Below, one piece after another: positions 53,201-62,162 of a stretch of 64,000 bases of DNA (positions are counted from its first letter, which is position 1; every line of letters begins with the position of its first letter). The stretch comes from Phoronis australis (Eukaryota > Animalia > Phoronida), in assembly GCA_002633005.1 (NCBI GenBank), contig NMRA01000782.1, positions 85,729-149,728 on the forward strand. Direction: 5' to 3'. Both the position numbers and the translations under genes were made by a program. Below the pieces are notes generated by a model. That model saw nothing but the letters and a program-made list of their open reading frames with translations, made no database searches and was not told where the DNA came from.

Positions 53201-56200
53201 CAAGCGCAGAATAATCACCTCATCTACATCTCCTTGTTACCAAAACACGTGTTTTTTGTATATTTATTTAAATAGCATTGGCACTCCAGCGCGTGGCTGC
53301 GCACCAAATCAGGAGTGATTTGTATTATATCACGCAAAACATTATATCGGCCTGCGACAAATATCGACTCCGCGAAATTAAAACGTTGCAAACACTATAC
53401 ACAACATTGAATTTTGAAATCATCTAAAAATTTCTTCAAAAACTTACCTCGAGGCGAGTTACATGTAACTGTCACGCATCTTGACACACGTCTGCTTTTC
53501 GCTTGTAGTGAGAGTAAACACAGGCTTTAGTGAATGAAAGTTTTCTGTTATTAGTTCTCGTTTCCTGCGGTCCCCCTTCGTAAAACATGCAGTTTACTTA
53601 AATACACTAATTGTCACCAATTGAGAATATGTCCACTTCGGTTTCCCTGGTGCGATTTATAACATCTCGTTGTCTAGTTGTTTGGGTTGAACTAGCAGGG
53701 AAAGCTGCATGGGCAATTGTAGCTCCATTTTAGGGTCCTTTCTGGGTTTTTGGCCAGCGATTTCCAGAGTAAAATTTGTCTTTCACAGATCATTGTGTTC
53801 GGTGCAGCACGATTGTTGGTTTTAAATCAATTAAACAGGTACCTTGAAAATCCTCAAAAAATGGCATACCATGGTTGAGATTTTTAATGGTTTCTGCTGG
53901 GCACAATCCAGAGGGTACATGTATTTTGTCTGTCATGGGGCATTTAGTGACCATCGACATGTATTGAATCACATGGAATTGTTTTTTGTGGTACCTCGAA
54001 TGTATGTGCTAGCTCATTTTTGGGGGGTCCTTTTTTGGTTTCTGCCGGACCCATTCCAGAGTGCAGTTTGTCTGTCATGGGTCATTTGGTGTTCAGTGCG
54101 GTACTATTGTTCGTTTTAAATCAGCTTTGGCCGGTACATCGAATATCTAGTCTAGCTCAAATTTTTGATGGCATACCGTGGTTGAGATTTTTGGGGCTTT
54201 CTTCCGGGTACAGCCCAGAGTGTAATTTGTCTGTCATAGGGGTTTTAGTGACCAGTGACATGTATTAAATCACATGGAATTGGTTTTTTGTGGTAGGCCT
54301 ACCTCGAATGTATGTGCTACCTCATTTTTGGGGGTCCTTTTTTGGTTTCTGCCGGACCCTGTCCAGAGTGCAATTTGTCTGTCACGGGTCATTTGGTGTT
54401 CAGTGCGGTACTATTGTTCGTTTTAAAGCAGTTTTGGCCGGTACCTCGGATATCTAGTCCAACTCATTTTTGACCCCTTTGTAAGACCCCCATGGGTCAC
54501 ACCCAGAGTGCAGACAACGGCAGACGTCCATTTCTGTAAATACTGGGGTAGACTCTAATTGCTTCCGTGGTCAGATGTTGGTACCTCATTCATCTATGCT
54601 AAGTGCTCTGGGCTGCCGGTCTATTATGGAAGCCGGGGAAATTTCAGAATAAAACTTGAAATTTTAAATACTAACGAGGTTTTAAAACATCGGTAACACA
54701 AAGCATTGTGAACATTTGACCCACGCATTGCGTAAACGGTCATATAAGCTATTGCAATGAAGACAAAATTCCTAATGCTTTGGCTGAAATTCTCACAGAG
54801 TGCTGCTAGGGCCTGGGAATTTTTGCCGGCTAAGTCGAAAAGACAATCACTGAAATGTTTACAAAATGATATTACATTGGCGGAGTTAGGGGGGCAGGGA
54901 GGCCACCCCTCCCCCTTGGCTGTCGCATAAAAAATAAAACAAAAACAGCGTGAGGAATTACTGAGTTTACTAACTAACGTCGGTAATCAACATACGGCCG
55001 GAGGGATCAGAACCGCATTGCAAGTGTCCGATCGAGACCGCCCGTTTATTTTTTAATTTAGTACCCCGACTGTGTTTTACTAGAAAGTCAACATCCACGA
55101 AAATCCGACGTTTCGACGTTCTCGCATGAAATCGTGCTTTGTGCGTTTGACCAATTCGGAGACAAATTGTTGCCCCCCGCCTTTATGATATCCTAGATCC
55201 GCCTCTGTATTATACAGTGATTAGCCTTTGTCGTCGTTATAATTGTATAGCACCTATTTTTCAGTTGTTTATAAACCGACAAGACGGATCAGCTGTCAAG
55301 GGGGCCGCTCCTCTGGCGCTCCATCACATCGCTGCGTTCCCAGTTCTAGAATGGGTCTAAAAATTCCTTGACCCGACGCCACTTGATTTATTCTAAAAAA
55401 GATTTGAGGCACGCGTTCGTGCGAAACACTAACACTATGTAGTAGAAAAAAATAATAGAAACCCATGGAAATCTATGAGCATGCAAACAGCAGTATGACC
55501 AATGGAACCGTACACGTTTGGGTACATATGCATATTCGGAATTCAGGACATAGGCCAGTTTGAATAAAAGTTGGGAGCAAAATTTTGAAAAACGATAGAG
55601 TTAAAGAAACTGATATGTTAATATAAAGTATTTCAATGAAAAAAGAAGAATGCACGACACCACAAACACTCTGTACTGGTTGGTAAGACAAGCACATATA
55701 CATTGGTTAGCCGTGTGTGCTTGTGAACACCACTGCTTGGGCGGCTGAAGTGTGCGTTTATCCAGACCCAATTTCCCGAAAGGTGATTGGAATTGTCCAC
55801 TTCAGGTTATACAAAGGAATAATAATTACATTAATATGCAGACGTTTTTTCAGAAAGTAACACGCATGTAAGGCGTGCTGAGGTGTCTCAAGGAAAATTA
55901 CAGTAACTTCTGTGATACGCTACTTTTCTTTAACTATCTAGTATTTCTTGTCCTAGTGCCTAATTTGTATTAGCGTGGTGAACTGGTAATTTTTATAGTT
56001 TGAAACAACATGGTCTCACAGTTCAGACAGTTGTGGCATAGACTCTGTTGTGAAACAACACGCCGCGGAACTAGAGTTTTAAAAAGGCAATCACATCATT
56101 AATTTTTACACCAATCAATGTACCTGTTTTATCCGACCATGATGTGCGGAATAGCAGATTTTTTCTTTAAATAACAAGCACTCTTCCATCTGATTGGCTA

Positions 56201-57330
56201 TCCAGAACGAAGACAACAAAATGCTGACACAGAAACAACACATTGAGATACTGTAACCATTTCAGACAATAAAGTTTTCATTTATTACAAAATATACTTA
56301 TTTCAAAGTATCACCATCACGCAGTAAAATCACACCGTGACAGTAAAAGGGAAATGTCTAGCTGGAACAAAGTTAGTGTACCGTACTGGTACATGCACTC
56401 CACTTCAGCAAAACTCAGATTTCAACCAACTCTAATTTAATCCCTCAATTCAGCTGGTTCTGAAATTTACTGGCACACGAATATGTTGCTAGGTATATTT
56501 GTATTGACAACACTCCGCAACAAAATAAATATGAGAAAACTCAACGGTCATAAACTCTAACTGCCCTGTCCTACATACCCAGGCATGAAACACTGTAAGT
56601 ATCAGAAGACCATAAACAGGACAGAATATAAAAATGATGGTTTTCCTCAAGTAAGACAGTTGCAGATTTTAATAGCTTGCCAGGCTACATAACATTTGTC
56701 CCACCTCTTGAAATCTACAAAAACAACCCATCTACCGTCTCAATATAATTTTGTGGAGTGTAGCATTCTTGGGGTATCCCTTCCTCCTATCCTGTTCTAT
56801 TCTTAGTAGCCTGGCTATATTAATAAATCTTTGAATTGGTGTCCACTCTGTAAAAATGCACAGCTATTAATCTTGTAGTCACTTTTTGTGTTTCTTCGTT
56901 GCTAAACTTAGATATCTTGGTCACTAAACCCTTAAAGACATATCGGACTAAGAAGGAAAGTTAAGTAAAAGCCCATGAAACAGCGACTTAAGTGAGTGTT
57001 CTAGGGACCAAATTAAGTTGAACTATATTGTTTCATTTTATTTCAGTTTCAATTTTTAAACCTCGAAAGAAAAAAAAATTACATCACTGATTCTGGGTCT
57101 AATCTTTATACTAGAAATCAAACTTGATGTTTTATTTTTTATGTTTTCTGCTATAACTAAAAACTCTTTAATTATGTGCTCAAGCATGAAATGATTTTCA
57201 AAAAATCCTAGTTTGCACTTGATGTTACTAACATAAAAGCTATTAGTTTCTACTTGAAATCTCGTGTTGTTACCAATATTGGTTCCTAGATACTACGCAG
57301 TACACACGCATCTCCACTAACATGGTTCAT
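20201..57330 (-). CDS. DARS1: Cytoplasmic aspartate--tRNA ligase (AspRS, class IIb), spliced gene with 15 coding exons, 525 aa
   Basis: Hand-joined exons give a continuous reading frame from [21 protein letters not shown] through [57 protein letters not shown] and [11 protein letters not shown] to [11 protein letters not shown]. All introns are GT-AG and phases match. Exon 1 is the least certain. Confidence 0.95.
21194..22011. mobile_element. PIF/Harbinger-type MITE, same TIR family as 36238
   Basis: GGACTGTTCCAGTAAAA...TTTTGCTGGAACAGCCC with TTA TSD on both sides. Confidence 0.85.
22301..23472 (+). mobile_element. Second copy of the HINE-like satellite-bearing element, in the last DARS1 intron
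   Basis: Collinear with 17852-19213 (CCCACGAATGCACCGCAAA, CCACTAGATGG, CTCATCAAGATCCTGTGA, GTGGGTGTATAAAA). Confidence 0.7.
23798..23869 (-). CDS. DARS1: DARS1 exon 14 ([23 protein letters not shown])
   Basis: cttcag acceptor and gtgagc donor. Start of motif 3. Confidence 0.97.
   Translation of the reverse strand: MWRRLKHTSIRSDTGRHPMLAGV
24380..24790 (-). pseudogene. HIRAN-like domain pseudogene fragment beside a pogo/Tc1-like terminus
   Basis: Minus-strand translation NPLDTYA...[13 protein letters not shown], a frameshift, then [12 protein letters not shown]...GLQIP..MIFSG (24536-24782). TA-CCGTATTCACTCTAATAAGCACCC terminus at 24380. Confidence 0.55.
24786..24931 (+). repeat. 27-bp minisatellite (TGTGTTGAAGACTGGTTGTAGGGTGAA), ~5.4 copies
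   Basis: Direct reading. Produces the spurious repetitive ORFs 24715..24954 and 24766..24966. Confidence 0.95.
27063..27174 (-). CDS. DARS1: DARS1 exon 13 ([37 protein letters not shown])
   Basis: tgacag acceptor and gtaagt donor. Confidence 0.97.
27715..27795 (-). CDS. DARS1: DARS1 exon 12 ([27 protein letters not shown])
   Basis: tttcag acceptor and gtaaag donor. RPFYTMP motif. Confidence 0.96.
29345..29465 (-). CDS. DARS1: DARS1 exon 11 ([40 protein letters not shown])
   Basis: ttccag acceptor and gtaagt donor. Overlaps ORF 29168..29458. Confidence 0.96.
29789..30377 (-). mobile_element. Truncated copy of the 21194 Harbinger MITE in inverted orientation
   Basis: One TIR (TTTTGCTGGACAGCCC-TAA) is present, and the interior is the reverse complement of ~21200-21770. 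Confidence 0.75.
30804..30969 (+). repeat. 55-bp tandem repeat x3, about 30 bp from the exon 10 donor
   Basis: Units start at 30804, 30859 and 30914 and are nearly identical. Confidence 0.95.
31002..31070 (-). CDS. DARS1: DARS1 exon 10 ([22 protein letters not shown])
   Basis: ttccag acceptor and gtaagt donor. Confidence 0.95.
31809..31956 (-). CDS. DARS1: DARS1 exon 9 ([24 protein letters not shown]...FKGLRD), class II motif 2
   Basis: ctccag acceptor and gtaggt donor. Confidence 0.97.
33501..33635 (-). CDS. DARS1: DARS1 exon 8 ([30 protein letters not shown]...VFTVGA)
   Basis: ctccag acceptor and gtaagg donor. Contains the AQSPQLYKQ signature. Confidence 0.97.
33954..34122 (-). CDS. DARS1: DARS1 exon 7 ([20 protein letters not shown]...[12 protein letters not shown]), class II motif 1
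   Basis: ctttag acceptor and gtatgt donor. Overlaps ORF 33847..34110. Confidence 0.97.
35132..35206 (-). CDS. DARS1: DARS1 exon 6 ([25 protein letters not shown])
   Basis: ttgtag acceptor and gtgagt donor. AEPRLPLQ motif. Confidence 0.95.
35960..35991 (-). ncRNA. Degenerate hammerhead motif in the inverted pLTR (sense to DARS1)
   Basis: Minus strand reads CTGGTGA-T-GTCTA-AAGAA-TAGAC-GAAACGTTC. Stem II is perfect; the core is CUGGUGA rather than CUGAUGA. Confidence 0.5.
36238..36805. mobile_element. PIF/Harbinger-type MITE nested in the Penelope inverted arm
   Basis: TIR GGGCTGTTCCA...TGGAACAGCCC with TAA TSD. The opposite Penelope arm shows the empty site with a single TAA. Confidence 0.9.
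37503..37530 (+). ncRNA. Degenerate minimal hammerhead-ribozyme motif at the Penelope 3' end
   Basis: CTGATGA-T-GTCTA-ATGAA-TGGAT-GAAAC. Stem II can pair using G-U wobbles, but there is no clear NUH cleavage triplet. Confidence 0.5.
37897..37999 (-). CDS. DARS1: DARS1 exon 5 ([14 protein letters not shown]...[12 protein letters not shown])
   Basis: ttttag acceptor and gtgggc donor. Lies within ORF 37816..38019. Confidence 0.96.
38451..38553 (-). CDS. DARS1: DARS1 exon 4 ([33 protein letters not shown])
   Basis: tttcag acceptor and gtaagc donor. Near-identical to the AspRS KQCFLVLRQQQF segment. Confidence 0.96.
39382..39562 (-). CDS. DARS1: DARS1 exon 3 (AKDDEG...EDYASGLYG...DRVLVRV...[14 protein letters not shown])
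   Basis: ggtag acceptor and gtgtgt donor. Matches the start of the AspRS anticodon-binding OB fold. Confidence 0.95.
39945..40095 (+). repeat. ~80-bp tandem duplication within a GAACCTTCGGACAATA-type repeat
   Basis: GAACCTTCAGACAATAGAACTTT.GACAATAGTGACCTTAGCTTTTTATGA occurs twice. Related motifs at ~16560-16670 and ~17270-17370. Confidence 0.75.
40786..40967. mobile_element. Short MITE-like inverted repeat (~35-bp arms)
   Basis: TCATACATGCCACATTTGGGTCACATCACGTGACCTA versus TAGGTCATGTGATGTGACCAGAATATGGCATGTATGA. Confidence 0.65.
42281..42427. mobile_element. Palindromic ~150-bp MITE, with a related copy at ~32640-32773
   Basis: AGATGAGAAGTGATT start and TGTCA.TTCTTTCCA.GC.CTGAAA end are shared by both loci. 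Inverted arms. Confidence 0.55.
42966..43030 (+). mobile_element. tRNA-derived SINE head fragment
   Basis: B-box GGTTCGATTCCC preceded by an anticodon-like TAGACTAGCAATTTAG. The 5' part of the cloverleaf is missing. Confidence 0.4.
43117..43210 (-). CDS. DARS1: DARS1 exon 2 ([31 protein letters not shown])
   Basis: ttgcag acceptor and gtaggg donor. Contains the Lys-rich SKxxLKKxxK N-terminal extension motif of class IIb synthetases. Confidence 0.9.
46095..46162. mobile_element. Degenerate third copy of the 9-bp-TSD mini element
   Basis: CTCGCTGGTTCCCTGCGTGCGGCTAGGTGGTCAGT. The right TIR and TSD are eroded. Confidence 0.55.
46276..47058 (+). repeat. Left TIR of the Academ element, built of ~300-bp tandem subunits
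   Basis: Units recur at ~46340, ~46625 and ~46930 (TAGATAT..GTACCGGCCAAAACTGA). Reverse-complement match to 53719-54523. Confidence 0.85.
47795..52917 (-). pseudogene. Spliced Academ transposase/XPG-like nuclease pseudogene
   Basis: Phase-0 exons 52917-52843, 52613-52536 and one from 52341. These are followed by frameshifted or stop-interrupted fragments 51469-52341, 50949-51377, 50545-50805, 49735-50214, 48694-49725, 48292-48690 and 47795-48160, in collinear motif order. Confidence 0.8.
52984..53059. mobile_element. 76-bp 5-bp-TSD MITE nested inside the Academ element
   Basis: CATAGACGGCGCA...TGCGCCGCCCATT with TSD TTAAC. Confidence 0.65.
53719..54523 (-). repeat. Right TIR of the Academ element
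   Basis: Same subunits in inverted orientation (e.g. GGCCGGTACCTCGGATATCTAGT at ~54436). Confidence 0.85.
54875..55207. mobile_element. 5-bp-TSD MITE
   Basis: CATTGGCGGA...GATCCGCCTCTG with TSD TATTA. Confidence 0.75.
57308..57330 (-). CDS. DARS1: DARS1 putative coding exon 1 (MNHVSGD+GC)
   Basis: ATG at 57330 followed by a GTGTGT donor (same donor as exon 3). It ends in phase 2, as exon 2 requires, and lies next to YY1 and E-box motifs. It is short, so homology cannot confirm it. Confidence 0.65.
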
Positions 57331-57333
57331 CAG

Positions 57334-57373
57334 CAAGATGGCGGACCACTCCGCTCAACGAAAACCACGTGAC
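57334..57373. promoter_or_regulatory. Putative DARS1 core promoter/5'UTR motifs: YY1-type CAAGATGGCGG and E-box CCACGTGAC
   Basis: CAAGATGGCGG at 57334-57344 and CCACGTGAC at 57365-57373, immediately upstream of the proposed start codon. Both are typical of housekeeping promoters. Confidence 0.55.
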
Positions 57374-58083
57374 TTCAACTCTAGTTATATTTATCTCACT
57401 GGTTCTGAGCGTGTGATAACATCTAGCTTCTTTGTTAACTGCCAAGCACAGTCTTTTGTCTGTTATGACAACAGGCACGCCAATTATCTACCAGGCTTAT
57501 TACAAACTACGGGTGAACACCGTCAAACCCAAAGTGAATTGGTACATTCGGAAAGAATAGATTATCGTAACTTCGTTTGCAGTTGGGCGATTTTGGCGAT
57601 TCAAAAACTAAACATGATCACCATTTGACGAGAACTTCAGAAATGCTATTGGTTTATGTTCAAATATGTTAGAACTTAACCTTTATTCTTACCAGCACAG
57701 CCCAGTCAGTCTAGATACGATCTTATAAGATTAGAGCAATTTTCGAACAAAAGAGAGTTGGCCCTCCAACCATGAATGCCAGAATGGAGTTAATCAGTCG
57801 TGTAAGATATTGAGGGGTAAACTTCCTCACTTGTTGTTAGGCTCTAGAAGCAAACAAGTTGGGAGCAACAAGAAAACACCGCAATGGTGTGGTTGCGCCT
57901 TTTCGGAGTGCATCTTTCAACTATCGATGACTTTTGTTTACGATACTAGGAATGACGGCATAATTGCACTCGCGCTTTTGTACCCGGACTTGGTCTCGTA
58001 TGACGACCAAAAAAGTCAGAACTCCGTGTTTGAATTGGGAGAGTGGTATTTTTATGTTTTCAAATCTTGTTACGAGCGCTTTA

Positions 58084-58335
58084 CATGCGCGCTCCCAGCC
58101 TAAAATATTGTGGGGCTCATATTTTTCATTTTGTGGACCTTTTACTGAAAAAAACAGCGACTGAAAAAACGGGGTACTACGTTCAGACCTATGACTTGTG
58201 CATTCGTGCCGAATTTCTGTGGACTTATGTCTCGATTTCTCGGACCTTTTGTTTCTCTGAGGCGGACCGTTTTGCCCCTTTCGCCAAATGGGGGTCTCGT
58301 TCGAGCCCTTTGATCCCCTCCTGGGTGCGCGCATG
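58084..58335. mobile_element. MITE with CATGCGCGC termini and probable 5-bp TSD
   Basis: TIR CATGCGCGC...GCGCGCATG, flanks CTTTA/GTTTA. Interior is shared with ~59560-59710. Confidence 0.6.
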
Positions 58336-59495
58336 GTTTATTTGCAAATTGGAGAGGCCTGGAGTTTGGCTACGGGCGTCGCCAATGGATATCGTGGCAG
58401 TGCATTATAAATGTTGAAATTGACACTTACCAAGTCCAAAGTCAATCACAGTCTTTCACACTGCGCCAAAACAAATTTATTCTTAAAAACAACCATTGTT
58501 TTATAGCAGCTTTAGAGTCACAGCCGAAGTAGCAGGTGTTGTGCACGTGACTGGGTGACTTACTTTTTCCATATACGGCAGACACAGAGCAAACTCGAAT
58601 CACCCAATAATCTTGGAATTCGCAAAAAGTTGAAGTATTTCGAGGCTTTTATTTTCATGCTAAGTTAGTCATTGAATACGTAACCACCATTAGACGAAAC
58701 ATTTCATTTTTTCTCGTGAAGTTTGCACTTGATTCTCGCGCATCAATATGCGATGTTCGACTCCATTCATTCGTTCGAGATGCAACGGAACAATGCAAAA
58801 AATTAAGGAAGTTTGCGCTTACTGTTATCTGGCTCGCATGTTCAACGACATTGATGGCATTTACATGTATATGGCAGGTCAGTCGGCGGGTATCATTTTT
58901 TCCTCGTGCAAATTCTCCTATTACAAAATGGCTGCTCTGACGAATACACTTTGACTGAGGCTATAGGCAGGGCCGTAGGAAGCCGATGGGGGGAACTTTT
59001 CAGGCGTCAGGGTTCAACCGTGGCAACCGACATAGGCGTTGACAATCGAGAAAAGAAAGAATGTGAAATAATGATAAGAGAGAAAATCAAGAGAACATCC
59101 AACAACTCTGTATCAGTGCATGGATTACATTTTGATGATCCTGGCAAGGACATTGTTGTTAGGGTCTCGCTTTTGCAGCACAGGTCGTCTAAACGCAGTC
59201 GAAAATGTACACGTAATCATTTATATATATATTTTGAAAAGTTGAAAGAAAATTTGTAAAGCAAAGCTTTTGCGGAGCGTATTGCTTTACTGGATTTTTA
59301 AATTCAGAAAATCAATTTTGCGAATGCATAACATATTTTCCAGGGGCCTCTGACTAGCAAGAGATAACGGAGACAACTGTCGCTTTAATTTGTTCTCAAA
59401 ATTGCAAATTACTTTAGGAAAATTGATGACCTGACAGATAACATCAATTGCTGTGCAATTCCTGAGTTTTGAAAACAGGTCCTGCTCTTGAAAGA

Positions 59496-59810
59496 CAGGG
59501 GCGGATCCAGGATTTTGAGTTGGGAGGATCAGGGCACAGGAATAACCAGAATTTCTCCACATGCGCGCGCCCAGCCTAAACTGTAGTGATGCTGGGGTCT
59601 CGAATTTTTGGGTTTGTGGACCTTATTACTAAAAAAAACGAAAAAAATAAAACGGCACACGGGATTTGTTCAAGGCCTATGTAATGTGCATTGGCCCCAT
59701 TGCGCGCATATGCTACTCAGCAATTCGCACCCCGAACTCCCAAATGGTATCTGGGCCGAGAATTTTAGTGGGCATGGCTCCCTTGGCCCCCCTCCCTAAA
59801 TCCGCCACTG
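59496..59810 (-). mobile_element. 5-bp-TSD MITE carrying a segment of the CATGCGCGC family
   Basis: CAGGGGCGGATCC...TCCGCCACTG with TSD AAAGA. Part of the interior is the reverse complement of the 14166 copy. Confidence 0.8.
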
Positions 59811-60839
59811 AAAGAGGTTATTGATGACATTCAAGTGGGTACCCTTTTTGCGTTTTTATTGACAAATTTTTAAGGAGCCGCTCACGGAGAGAGGGACCAA
59901 TGTTACTTTCCTGTTTTTTGTGAAATCGTGCAACCGGCTTTCATGTTGAAGAAAGTCACCGTCTCGTGACCATACGACTGTGGAATGAACTGTCACTCTT
60001 TTTCCAAGCTTAATGATGTTTATTCTTTCATCTTAAGGTGTCCCATTTCAGACGGGACCCTCTCTCGGTGAAGCAGTTCGGGGAAATGTCCCTTTGTCCC
60101 TCTATACATGTAAATCCAACACTGTCAAGTACTCACGAGGAAGTTGAGATTCCAAATTCAACAAAAACACAAAACACTCGTGCACAGCGCAGCACTATCA
60201 AGACATTCGACCCGAACAACCAAAAATTGTGAAAAAATACAATAACCGCCATCGAAATAGTGGAATTTTAAAGAACATGAAGACCACTATTTTTTGAATT
60301 ACACAAAAGTACTATTTCCGATGGTTGGTTCACTCTGAAAATATATTTTTTTGCATTGTGAATTGCTGAGTCTTTGTGGGTGATCGGCAAAACGCGCGGG
60401 GATTAATTGTGCGCGCGCTTCCGTCGACACTTCTGAAGTAGCCAAGCATTTTAGATGGATTCATCGCTGAAAGAGCAGTTCTATAGTTGATTTCTTTTGG
60501 TAACTAGCTTCTTTACTCTAAGATATATTTTGATTTGATTAGGATAAATACTGCGGTGCCGCAACCCTGATATTCAGGCGAATTGACATGCAACGTTTTT
60601 ACCTCATCTGTCATGCCGTGTCGTTCTATTACACTCCACACGTTTGTAACTGATGTATAGTAAAGTTGTCTTGCGCAATATCATACAGTGTACATGTACA
60701 TGTAATATTGTGTACATGTACATGTAATATTTTTGAAAAAAAAAATTTTTTCCGAAGAATTGCTATTGTGGCGGGCGCCGTGGTCTGGTCGCGAGTCCGT
60801 TTGAAGACACACTCTGTAACAAGTTATGTCTACAAGGAA

Positions 60840-61050
60840 TGACCAAGGGGGCACTCACATTGAGAAAGTGACCGCTTTCGCGAAAAGTGTACAGTACCAG
60901 AAATTGCGGGGAGGCTGTTCTTTTACAACAAAATCTTGCGGGACTCGTACTATGTTCAATAGGCCTCCTAAGGAGCCCTAGTTCCGACCTCAACAGCTAC
61001 CGTCTGTCTACCTGCAATAAGCACCCTGCCGTCTTCTATACTGGGAATTT
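60840..61050 (+). pseudogene. Possible Gypsy integrase zinc-finger remnant
   Basis: Pieces GH/SHIEKVT, KSCGTRTMFNRPPKEP and LP....LLYW loosely match the H..H..C..C and P.KEPL.P integrase pattern. Highly degenerate. Confidence 0.25.
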
Positions 61051-61139
61051 TCGCACAAAGGCTCACCCGATGAAACGCTCATGCCCATGGGCAATTATTT
61101 GATATTAGTAATTCGGGTTTCAAGCATTCAGACATTGGG

Positions 61140-61475
61140 ACGTTTATTTCAAAAATTGCAAGAGATGCAAATTGGTCCTGGGATGCTTCGTCAAAGGTTT
61201 GAAGTAGTCCATGAAGAACGGATCAAATTTAGTTGCGCATGTAAGTCTTTTGAATGGACTTGGCAACCTCAAGGGTCTTAGTGTCAACTGAGCTGCGAAA
61301 CGAGATGCTGACAATGTAGAGGCTTACAAGCTCATTGACACAGCAGTTGACGAAGTGCAAGCGTTGGGAACAAACATCGAAGATATCTGGGTAGAATGGT
61401 TCCAAGACGAGCAAATCATTGGATCCGATATACAAATTCCTCGGCAGTCTAGACAACAGAAGGATAGGATTAACG
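61140..61475 (+). pseudogene. hAT transposase fragment (THAP12/PRKRIR-like)
   Basis: Frameshifted pieces NWSWDASSK, LLNGLGNLKGLSV, AYKLIDTAVDEVQALGTNIEDIWVEWF and IGSDIQIPRQSRQQKDRIN resemble the C-terminal half of hAT transposases. Confidence 0.5.
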
Positions 61476-61760
61476 TAAGAAAAACCACTGGGGATTAAAA
61501 TTTTAGAGAGAAGTTTTCAATTCAAATTTTTTTGCATAATACACTTTAGATCTCGCGACGGACCAGGCCAGCTTGATTTGTGTAAATGTTGAGTTTCAGA
61601 GTACTTCTGGTCCCTCGGCGAACTAGTTTCGTGATTTTTTTACCAAAGCGTGCTTTGTAAAACTATTTATCTCAGCCAGTACTGTTTGGTCCCGCGACAG
61701 ATCGACTATTTTTATAGGGATAATAAGCACAGGTGTACTCTTGGTCTCGTGACGGACCAG

Positions 61761-62162
61761 GGCCCGGTCTCCAATCTTTGTACTCGAAACGAACTCGAAA
61801 CTATTTTTGGCAATTTCTCTGCTCCTTTTGTGCGAACTTAAGATAATTGGTCATCAGACTGTGCTCGAATACATTACAGTTTATGCATAGGCAGTTTCTA
61901 GTTCAAGTTTGCCCTTGAAGACCCTTATATTCGTGATACAAACTCGAGTAAAAACTCGAAATTTCGAGTTCAAACTCGATCTAATTGCTTTAATATTGGG
62001 TTTACAAACTGTGAACTAGGGGCAATAAGTTATCTACGTAAGTCATTGTGTACTCGAGCATAGAATAATAAGCACTTATGTTGAGTTCGCCCAAATGTGG
62101 AGTAGAAAATTCCAAACCTAATTTCGAGTTCCATTTCGAGTAAAAAGATTGGAGACCGGGCC
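61761..62162. mobile_element. Harbinger-like MITE with 3-bp CAG TSD
   Basis: Perfect 19-bp TIR GGCCCGGTCTCCAATCTTT with CAG on both flanks. A related empty site (GACGGACCAGGCCAGC) lies at ~61557. Confidence 0.85.

Larger units (their letters stand above)
46276..54523 (-). mobile_element. Academ (AcademX-type) DNA transposon, ~8.2 kb, decayed, inside DARS1 intron 1
   Basis: Long inverted termini (CTGCCGTTGTC...TGCACTCTGGGTGTGACCC at 46276, reverse complement ending at 54523). Internal ORF fragments show transposase motifs (AWDN, YDLAI, LGNFH) plus XPG/PIN-like motifs ([18 protein letters not shown]...GK). No TSD seen. Confidence 0.8.

Noticed and set aside
56705-56714. Possible 10-nt microexon (ttgtag|ATTTCAAGAG|gtggga) in DARS1 intron 1
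   Set aside because: Inclusion would shift the frame between exon 1 (phase 2) and exon 2.
57338-57628. Plus-strand 96-aa ORF starting in the YY1 motif
   Set aside because: No protein similarity recognised. The ATG is simply part of the YY1 site.
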